From Pachysolen tannophilus NRRL Y-2460 (Eukaryota), in contig KV454011.1 of assembly GCA_001661245.1 (NCBI GenBank), positions 186,001-250,000 on the forward strand: a stretch of 64,000 nt of DNA. The letters are read 5' to 3'. Under the pieces are notes generated by a model, which did no database searches, had not been told where the DNA came from, and was given only the letters and a program-made list of their open reading frames with translations. Shown piece after piece: positions 54,778-64,000 of this stretch. The position numbers and the translations under genes were made by a program. Every line of letters begins with the position of its first letter. Position 1 is the stretch's first letter.

Positions 54778-55648
54778 ACTTTTTTTTTTTTTTTTTTTCT
54801 TCTTTTTATTATATTGTTTTAACTAAGACAGACAGATGGATAAACTTTTTTACTGAAGCCGATGGAACTTGAATGATCCCTTATTTTTCTTTCTTAAATG
54901 TTTGAATGTCTAGTTATAATAATGGAAAACTAAATTTTTTTTTTTGTAAAAACTTGTTTTCTTTTCTTTATTGAGTTCAATGTTAGCAAACATTTTCAAG
55001 TCATGCAAATGTAGAGCATGATATTATCTGCTATCTTTTCTGCTATGTAAACAATTTTTCAAGATGTTTTTTCAGATTGAAAAGACGGTAAACCATACCC
55101 AAAACAAATAGTGAAACTAAAATGGAATTTTAAATTTTACAAAGTAGAGCATATTTTGAAATTGAGAACTTTTACAAAAACTCTGAATATAATCAATAAA
55201 TTTTTAAAATTATAGATCAATAACTTAACAGTTCTGTTTTCCTTTTGTTTTTTTTTTTCCCAGAAACTTACAAACAAAACACAAATCTGAGCTATTATAT
55301 ACTCTATTCTACTCTACTTTGCTTTAAAAATTAAAGGTTTATGAATAAATATTAATTGAAAGTAAGGAAATAGAGGGGGTAACAACCCCCTTTTTTTTAT
55401 TTCAAATAGTAGTGCTCCATCTACTAATTGAAACCCATCAAAATTGGTAGAATTCACTTAAAAATCTTAAGAATTTATACCTTAATTACCGTGGCGGCGA
55501 GTGGCGACAAAACCAAAGATGAAGCCGGTCCTACAGCAACAATAACAATTACTACAATCAGTTCTTAATTATTCTCTTTACCTTCATTAAAAGACAACTA
55601 ATATACAATATCACTAAGAGAAAAACGATATATACCCTCAATAAATAG

Positions 55649-55682
<34 letters not shown>

Positions 55683-55803
55683 GAGCTTAGTAAGAAGAAA
55701 AAAATAAAAAAAAAAAAACACAAAGAATCATTATAATTGAAACGAAACAAAACCCAATCCATCAAAAATAAAACGAAAAAAAAATTCAACACGAGAAACT
55801 TTT

Positions 55804-56199
55804 TTAAGCTGAAGTGGATGATGAGTATTTTGTGACAGCACGAGTACCTTCAGAAACAGCATGTTTAGCCAATTCACCTGGTAAAATCAATCTAACAGCA
55901 GTTTGGATTTCTCTAGCAGAAATAGTAGATTTCTTATTATAAGCAGCCAATTTAGAAGCTTCTGAAGCAATTCTTTCAAAAATATCATTAACAAACGAAT
56001 TCATAATCGACATTGCCTTTTGTGAAATACCAGTATCTGGGTGAGTTTGTTTTAAAACTTTGTAAATATATGATGAATAAGTTTCCTTTCTTGTCTTGGT
56101 TCTCTTTTTCAGATCTCCACCAGTAGCAGTTTTCTTAGCAGCTGGTTTCTTTTCAGCTGGTGCTTTAGAAGCAGGTTTCTTTTCAGCTTTTGGTGCCAT
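55804..56199 (-). CDS. HTB1: Histone H2B
   Basis: [23 protein letters not shown]...[13 protein letters not shown]; divergent pair with H2A. HTB1 vs HTB2 numbering cannot be decided. Confidence 0.97.
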   Translation of the reverse strand: MAPKAEKKPASKAPAEKKPAAKKTATGGDLKKRTKTRKETYSSYIYKVLKQTHPDTGISQKAMSIMNSFVNDIFERIASEASKLAAYNKKSTISAREIQTAVRLILPGELAKHAVSEGTRAVTKYSSSTSA

Positions 56200-57160
56200 T
56201 GTTTAATGATTATTTAGTAATTGATTAACAAATTTTTAAAAAAGGGAAAAAACTTAAAAAAAAAAAGTGAATTTTTTAAGTGAATTTAATCCTGTAAATT
56301 GGAATGATGATGGAAAAGAAACAAATTTTTAAAAATAAAAAATCGATTCATCAGTGGGATAATCTAATCTTTTTATATCATTTGGTAAAGTATAAGCCGC
56401 TAAAACGTTCTTATACGTCTTATGCAGATATAATTGGTGAGAATCATTTTTTTTAATGTTGTAATAGGTTAAAAAACCAGCAAAATTCAGCAAAACATAA
56501 CAAAGAAAACAAAAAAATATATAAACAAACAACAACAACACGACTAAAAAATTAAAATTAAAGTAAAAAACAACTTTTATCATATAAAAATAGGACGTGT
56601 AAATTTGAGAATATGCAAAAGATCAGTATAGAATTTACTCAGTTGTAAAATGCATAACTATGATGTACAAAGATAAACACTAGGGCGCTTACGTGTAAAA
56701 CACAGTACCACGTAATCGAAATCAAAACAAAGAAAAATAAATATAAATAAATAAAAATAAATAAACAAAACAGAAAAAACATTTTATTGGCTGAATAGCG
56801 CTCAAATGTGTAAATGCCATCACTGGCAATGGTAAACAGTTTTCCTGAAATTCATACATTGTTATTTATTTTGTTTGTTTGTTTGTTTTGATTAGTTGGT
56901 TGTTTCGTTATTACGTTATAAATTTTTGTAAAATTGGCATTATCTACACTACTGGTTTATTATTTTATTTTTATTTTTTTTTAGTTTTCGCCATTTGGTA
57001 AAGATTATAAAAAGCCCACAGAATCCGTTGCTTAATAAAAGAATTACTTCCTTTTTTTTCTTTTCCAACATCGATTGTTTAAACATCAATAAATTCAGAA
57101 AAAAGTTTCACTTTTTTTTTTGTCTTCTTTTTCTTTTAATCAAATTTATAATTAATCATA

Positions 57161-57556
57161 ATGTCAGGTGGTAAAGGTGGTAAAGCCGGTTCATCAGCTA
57201 AGGCTTCAACTTCAAGATCAGCAAAAGCTGGTTTAACTTTCCCAGTCGGTAGAGTTCATAGATTATTAAGAAAGGGTAACTATGCTCAAAGAATTGGTTC
57301 TGGTGCTCCAGTTTATTTAACTTCTGTATTAGAATATTTAGCTGCTGAAATCTTGGAATTGGCCGGTAATGCTGCTAGAGATAATAAAAAATCAAGAATT
57401 ATTCCAAGACATTTACAATTAGCTATTAGAAATGATGAAGAATTAAACAAATTATTGGGTCATGTTACCATTGCTCAAGGTGGTGTCTTACCAAACATTC
57501 ACCAAACCTTGTTACCAAAGAAAACCGGTAAGGCTAAAGCTTCTCAAGAATTATAA
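57161..57556 (+). CDS. HTA1: Histone H2A
   Basis: [29 protein letters not shown]-terminal SQEL. Paralogue numbering cannot be decided. Confidence 0.97.
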   Translation: MSGGKGGKAGSSAKASTSRSAKAGLTFPVGRVHRLLRKGNYAQRIGSGAPVYLTSVLEYLAAEILELAGNAARDNKKSRIIPRHLQLAIRNDEELNKLLGHVTIAQGGVLPNIHQTLLPKKTGKAKASQEL

Positions 57557-57927
57557 GTTAATTTAATTTTATATTTTGGGGTTCCTTTTTTTTTATTTTC
57601 ATAAGTGCGTGGTTGCTTTTACTTTTAGTTTTCGTTTTTTAATGAGTTTTTGAATTCGGTCTTGTCTCTGCTTTTTTTTTTTTTTTTCTTTTTTTTTTAT
57701 TATTTTATTTTACTTCTTTTTTATTTTAATGATGGAAATTAAGTAAATATTTGTATAATAGGTTCATACATTTAATTGAATGTATATGATTTCACTTTGA
57801 TATATTAATTGTTGTAGTTATTGTATTGTTATTATCAAGTTATCTTATATAGTTAACTCTACTTTTATTCAATTTCTATTGTCTTATCTATATACATGAA
57901 ACCTATAAATTATTTATCATTATATCA

Positions 57928-60117
57928 TTATTCTAATTTTTTGATGTGATATTCTTGTAGGGTGATATCACTAACATCGCTAGGACTATTGACAACGGCA
58001 TCAGCACCTGTTTTTGTCTTGGGAAAGGCAACAACGTCCCTTATACTTTCCGAGTTTAATAGCATTGCACACATTCTATCAAAACCTATAGCTAATCCAG
58101 CATGTGGTGGACATCCAATATCAAAAGCATTTAATAAATGACCAAATAATTGTTGGTAATTACCAATTTTTAAAATGTTATTAAAGATATATTTCTGTAA
58201 ACTTGTATCGTGAATTCTTCTTGAACCTCCTCCTAATTCAACCCCATTAATAACTAAATCGTAATGTTCACCATGGACTTTTAATGGATTAGTAGATAAT
58301 AAATCATAGTCCTTTGGATTACACATCGTAAATGGATGATGTGTGGAAGTTAAATTATAGTAGTTATAAACGGGATACCCATTACTATCGGTTTCTGATA
58401 TTTCTAAAGGTGAAAATAATGGGAAATCAACAATCCATGATGCTACAAAGACATCTTTAGGTTTCACTGATTCAGTTATATCTTTGTTTTCAAAGTTTAA
58501 AAGTTTTCTTCTCCATTTAGTTGGATAAGCTTCAATTGATAATTGTCTGAATCTACCTAAAGGAGTAGGGTTTTCATAAGGGAGTTTTGATCTCGTTGAA
58601 CCTGCAATTATATCTCCTTTTTGTAAATTCAATTCTAAAATTAATTTTTGCAATTTAGTATTTGATTCAAATTTAACAATTTTTTCAAAATTCTTGTACC
58701 AATTTAAACAATCTTGATCTGATTCAATAGATACTGAAATAGGAATTCTTGATTTATAATTTTGAGCATCAAATAATGATGTTTGTGTTTCTTTTGTATT
58801 ATTGAATGCATTTCTTAAGATACAAATTTCGAAAATTGGGAATTCTTCCAGTTTTTCTCCTATGACTTTAACACCATACTCTTCAAAAGTTAAAGGTTTA
58901 AAAGTTAAACCACTTCTTAAATCGGGTTTATCAATACCAAAATTTTCCAATGCTTTCAAATAAGGTATTTTTGTGAAATTATCATTCAGATCCAAGTGAT
59001 TTACTTTTATTAAATCACCATCTTTATTTAATTTGAAAAAATTTAAATTTCGAACATCTTGCCAAACATTTTTAACAACTTGTTCAACATTTAACATCAC
59101 ATCTTCTGCATTACTAAAGGCCAATTCCATATCTACCTGAGTAAATTCTGGTTGTCTATCTTTCCTTAAATCTTCATCTCTAAAACATTTTGCAATCTGA
59201 TAATATTTATTCACACCACTTGCCATTAATAGTTGTTTATACTGTTGTGGTGATTGGGGTAAAGCATAAAATTGTCTTGGTTTCCTTGTAGGAACTAAAA
59301 ACTCTCTAGCACCTTCAGGAGTTGATTTAAATAATAATGGAGTTTCAATTTCAATGAAATTTAAAAGATTTAACGTTTTTCTAACTATACTAGCAGTTTT
59401 AGATCTTAATTTCAATGCATCTTGATAATATTTTGAACGTAATTGTAAATAGCGTAAATTAGCTGGGAAATCTGAATTTTTTTTAATAGTTTCCAATAAT
59501 TTTGAAGGTAAATCATTAGACTTATTCAATATGTTATACTCTTTTAAGATTAAATCCCATTTACAATCTGTATCTTGCTGTTTAACTTGATTTTTAGCTT
59601 CCCTTCTTATAGCAATAGTTCCTGTAACACTTATAGCATCTTCTAAAAAAGCAGTTTTCAAAAATTCCAAACATTTTTTAGAAGAATCTTCTGAGGCAAG
59701 AAGTTGAGTAATATCTCCATTACCATCTCTTAATTCCCCAAATATTAACTTTTTGGAAACTTTCCTAGGTTTCCTACTAATCCAACCGTTTAATGTTACT
59801 TCTTTACCTATTAATTCATCTAGCTGTGAAGTTATCTCTTGCACTGTATGAGTTTTTTTCTTAAAAATAACTATAAAATTGTAAAAAAGTTAGTTTGTTT
59901 ATTTCACATTATTAACTGGAATTTAATTACCAATTATCATTAACATACATTTCCTCAAAAGATTATCTTTATCTGGTAACTCGGTTTCCAAAGCATTTTT
60001 TGAATTAAAAGTTGTTCTTGACAAAGAAAAATTCCTAAACCTCAAAGACAACAATACAAAACATTTTGAATTAGAACCATATTTTTTTAAACACCTGATA
60101 TTTCTGGCCAACATCAT
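57928..60117 (-). CDS. MSD1: Mitochondrial aspartyl-tRNA synthetase; exons 60117-59949 and 59870-57928
   Basis: TPEGAREFLVP, LPQSPQQYKQLLM, CFRDEDLR, HHPFT, GGGSRRIH, PPHAG. Presequence exon joined by intron GTATGT (59948)...AACTAAC...TAG (59871). Confidence 0.94.
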
Positions 60118-60382
60118 TTCTTCTTCTTCGAAAAAAAAAAATGCCCTCCCAGAAATCACCAATAAATGGTCAAACAATTGTTGAAAACTTGAGTTCAATC
60201 TACTTATTTTATAGAGGTATTAAATATTATTATGTACTTAATCGTTCGATCTCATCTGCAGAGAAAGTGAAAAAAAAAAAAAAAACGAAATTTTTCAGTA
60301 AAAAACGATATTAATCAGATAGTTAAATTGATTTTTTGTATTAAATTATTCTATTCTAATATACAGGTGTTGTGATTTCTTT

Positions 60383-61721
60383 TTAATGTTGACCGTCATG
60401 AGCAGCAGGTTCCAAATTTCCTTCATCTATGTCCATTTTTTCTTCGTTTTCATTTTCATTTTCGATTTCGTTTTCGTGTTCGATTTCAACAGCTACTGGG
60501 GTATCGTCTCTACTACTTTTCAAGTCTTCAGTGTCTTGTTTCAAATCTCCATTTGCAATCAAATTATCTCTTTTCGATTTGATGAAATTCTCGTTCAAGT
60601 CCCATACTTCTAGATTACCATTCATTGAAACGGCAGCTAGAATTTTACCTCCATCGAATGTATCAATTTGTAATACTGGAGATTTTTGATGCTCGTCACC
60701 TTTAATCTTCAAGATATTCAAGATTTCCTTTGTTTGTAAATTCCAAATATAAATGTTACCATTATCAGATCCTGACAGGATTAGTGGTATATATTCATTA
60801 GAAGTTATGAATCTTGTACCACAAGTATATTTTTCGCAAACAATTGTCTTTTTAGTCTTTAATATTTTGGAATTCATATTATCTAGACCACTACCCTTAG
60901 AGCCATCATTATTTCCATCATCATTCTTGACTTGTTCTCCTTCACCAATAAAAGTCTTTACTACTTTATTATTCATATAATCCCATAATCTAATGGAACC
61001 ATCTAATGTACTTGCCAAGATATATTTCCCATTTGGTGAAAATCTAACATAACTAACGGGGAAACTTGATCCACCACTATACTCATAGATTAAAGTCTTT
61101 AAACATTGACCAGATTCTGTATCAAATAACCTAATTAAACCATCAAAACTTGCACTTACTATAATAGTACCATCCCAGCTTACATCCAATGAAGAAATAG
61201 GATCTGAATGTGCTGATAAAGTTTTCAAACATTTCCCCCTCAAGACATCCCAAATTCTTATAGCTTCATCTGAAGATCCACTTATTAATAAATTCCCCTT
61301 GTAATTAAATTCAAGACAAGTTATATGATACGTATGACCTTTTAATATTCTAATACATTTACCATATTCCACTGACCAAATTATTATTGTTTCATCGTCA
61401 GATGCAGATGCAATATATTTTGAATCTGGTGACCAACAAATATCTGAAACCCCTTTTGAATGACCTTTTAAACTTTTCTCAAAATTACCAGTCTTAAGAT
61501 CCCATATCTTGATCAACTTATCAGAAGCTAATAATTTTCAGTTAGTATTTAGTATTTACGAAAAAAAAAAATTTATTAATTTAAACAAATTACTTACAAC
61601 CTGTAGCAATATATTTACCATTTGGACTCAATTTAACTGAAGTAGTAAACTCATCATGAATTTTATCCAATGAATACCTCCTTATATACAATTTCCCTAG
61701 ATCTATATTATCCAATGTCAT
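60383..61721 (-). CDS. SWD3: WDR5-like WD40 COMPASS subunit; exons 61721-61598 and 61527-60383
   Basis: WD40 repeats GHSKGVSDICWSPD, AHSDPISS, TESGQCLKTL, FSPNGKYIL, EKY. Intron GTAAGT (61597)...TACTAAC...TAG (61528). Next to UMP1. Confidence 0.9.
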
Positions 61722-61916
61722 ATCTTGGTATTGGTATTATATCATATATATATATATATATTTAATTAGTAGTTGTAGTTGTAGAAATTAAACGCCCTGT
61801 TAAATTTTTCCATTTTTAAAGTGGCAATTTAAATAAATTAATATTGAAATTTTTATATTTATATTTATATATTAATACAACAAGGAGTAGGAGTAGAGCA
61901 ATTGAATAAGTGAAGA

Positions 61917-62464
61917 ATGGTATGTTTGATACTAGTGGGAGAGATTTTATTTATGAATTGATTAATTTTTAAAGGATTGGTTACTAACGGTTTGATTTGG
62001 TTTTTTTTTTTAATTTATTATTATAGTCATTGAGGTTAGTTCCAGAGAATGATTTTCATTCAAAAGTAGATTCGGTGAAATTTGGTGAAGCTGCACCATC
62101 TGCACCAGCATTACAAGATATCTTGAGAGCAAAACAAGGTCCTCTTTCTATTGCATCGCAAGTCAATGGGAGACATCCTTTGGAATCAAGAATTAAAAAT
62201 TGGGAAGAAACAGAACAAAATATGAAAATGGAACAATATAGACGTATTTTTGGCGCTGGTGAGCCAATCAAGAGAAAGATGGATTTATCTATTGTTGAAA
62301 GTACAGATTTTAAACCTTCTGTATTAGGTGGTTCTTCCAATATTCATAAGAATATATTACTAAATAAAGATTCTACAATTGATTGGGAAGATATTTATGA
62401 TGGATTTGAAACAAAAAATCATATGGATTACCATTCTGAATTAGAAAAAAAAATGGGAATCTAA
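61917..62464 (+). CDS. UMP1: Proteasome maturation chaperone; exon 1 is ATG only (61917-61919), exon 2 62027-62464
   Basis: RHPLESR, EQYRRIFG..EP, ILLNKDSTIDWEDIY. Intron GTATGT (61920)...TACTAAC (61982)...TAG (62026). Confidence 0.93.
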
Positions 62465-63062
62465 TAACGGAAATTAAACTAAAAAGAGACCCAAATTTTT
62501 GAGATGGTCTAAATAGGTTGAATGAAAACAAACAAATTTAATTAAATTTATATAATTTTTTAACTTGGTTTATTTTAATTCCAACCCGCAAATTTAAGTC
62601 CAACCGCTTTGTAGAAAACACTGATGGAAACCACAAAGACTCTTTTCTACCTATTACAATCTCTAATACAGTTTCTAATACACTTGTTGTAATTGTCATT
62701 GTAATCGTCAACATAACACCCTGCATCATCTTAACAACTCACACCATCGCATAAACCCCACACCACTCACACCACTGGTACCAACAAGTCGTGCACTTAA
62801 AACACAAAATATTTTTTTTTAAAATTTTTTTTTTTTTTTTGTTTTTTTTTTTCGATTCGATTTTTTCTTCTTTTCTTTTAATAAATTTTTAGTGTTTTTT
62901 AATTATTTTAAATTTTATTAAATCATTTAAAAAGAAGAATTTTTTTTTTTTTTTAAATTTATTAAAATATAAAAAGATATAAATTCAGAGAGGTGAATAT
63001 ATTTATTAAGCTATTAATCGCTAAAGAAAATTATTAATAAAAGAAAGAAATATTATTTAATT

Positions 63063-64000
63063 ATGTCACAATCGTTTGGCCCAGCATGGTAAGTAGTAAA
63101 ATCTTTTAAATTTTTTTTTTTGTCTCATCGCACAAATACAAAATATAAAAAATACAAATACAAAATATACAAATTACAAATTACAAAATACAATATACAA
63201 AATACAAAATTAAATAAAAAATTTTTCAAAGACCTTTAAAAGATTTTATTATTATGGTAGTTACTAACAATTTGATAATTTATTTAAATTTTGATTATAG
63301 GATGCGTCCAAAGAATTCCGAATCTGGTAGTAATAGTGTTAATGATAATTTAGGTTATCATTTGTATCAAGATAAGGAAAAAGATTTAAAGGTGAAAAAT
63401 TCTTCATCATGGACTTCTTCTACAGGGTTGGTTTCTATAGATCATGGAAATGGACATCTGAATGGGAATGGAAACGGGAATATGAATATGAATATGAATG
63501 GGCATATGAATGGGAATATTAATGTGAATGGACATCTGAATATTGGTGAGGGTATTGTTTCTGGTGCAGTGTTTCCCTCTCGCCAGTCAACAGTGACTCC
63601 TGCGTTGAGTATTTCAGATACTATTAATACGTTATCTGTACCAAATAGTCCTACTAATAATGCTTATATTAAGCATAAATTGAAAAATATTTCTGAAATA
63701 CCAGTTATTCAAGGTAGTAACAAATATTCCATGGAAGAAATGTTTAATGTTTGGTATAAATTGAAATCACAACAAGAAATTGTAGTTGATAAATCTTTTT
63801 TAGATGATAAAGATCAAGAAGAGTTGAAAAAATATCGTTCTAGTGATCCTGAAAATGAAATCTTACATTTAGAAATTGCAAGGGAAAAATTGAATAAAAA
63901 AGTAGACTCTGATATAACCTTGAGTCGATTGGAAATTAATGATGATACAAACTCTTCTAATCTTGCTCAAGTAGTTGCCCTTCCTGAAAAAAATGGGTTA
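63063..64000 (+). CDS. SMY2: Smy2/GIGYF-like protein, 5' part; exons 63063-63088 and 63301 to window end
   Basis: Not in the ORF track. Spliced N-terminus MSQSFGPAWMRP resembles GIGYF FGPEWLR; KYSMEEMF resembles the GIGYF Y.REEML motif. Intron GTAAGT (63089)...TACTAAC (63262)...TAG (63300). SWD3-UMP1-SMY2 neighbourhood. The GYF domain is not within the window. Confidence 0.68.

Noticed and set aside
55405..55425. Minus-strand ATGGAGCACTACTATT resembling the RNase MRP 3' P4 strand
   Set aside because: The 5' P4 partner (GAAAGTCYCC) is not found upstream.
19739..61721. Apparent chromatin cluster (BRE2, SWD3, YNG1, SUS1, BUR1, histones)
   Set aside because: The genes are spread over tens of kb among unrelated genes, which is consistent with chance.
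1..64000. CRISPR arrays, prokaryotic operons, LTR or DNA transposons, rRNA, tRNA-Ala(CAG)
   Set aside because: This is eukaryotic DNA with no repeat-spacer array, no transposase/RT/integrase motifs and no rRNA. The three tRNAs found have ordinary anticodons, and the (TA)n and poly-A/T tracts are ordinary microsatellites.

Overview
AT-rich, gene-dense stretch of a budding-yeast (Saccharomycotina) nuclear chromosome, with about 34 protein-coding genes, 3 tRNA genes (Tyr with intron, Asp, Thr) and 9 spliceosomal introns that I reconstructed by hand. In-frame CTG codons fall at conserved Ala positions, for example ALG8 RGLTH[CTG]YWAPN. This points to the CUG=Ala code of the Pachysolen-type clade, so the supplied translations are wrong at CTG codons and their TTG/GTG starts are not real. 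The ORF track misses two edge-truncated genes: SPT23/MGA2 (left) and SMY2/GIGYF-like (right). Most genes are housekeeping, several in pairs syntenic with S. cerevisiae (YSA1-SUS1, YNG1-ALG8, YIP1-MSM1, ATG7-NMD3, SWD3-UMP1-SMY2). The best novelty candidates are an orphan with two apparently dead Ulp1/C48-like domains next to a possible structured ncRNA, a secreted Kex2-site protein with an aerolysin-like beta-hairpin pattern, and a divergent D-serine dehydratase/esterase pair. An alpha-actinin and an intronless SUS1 are also notable. All assignments come from reading motifs; no database searches were run.
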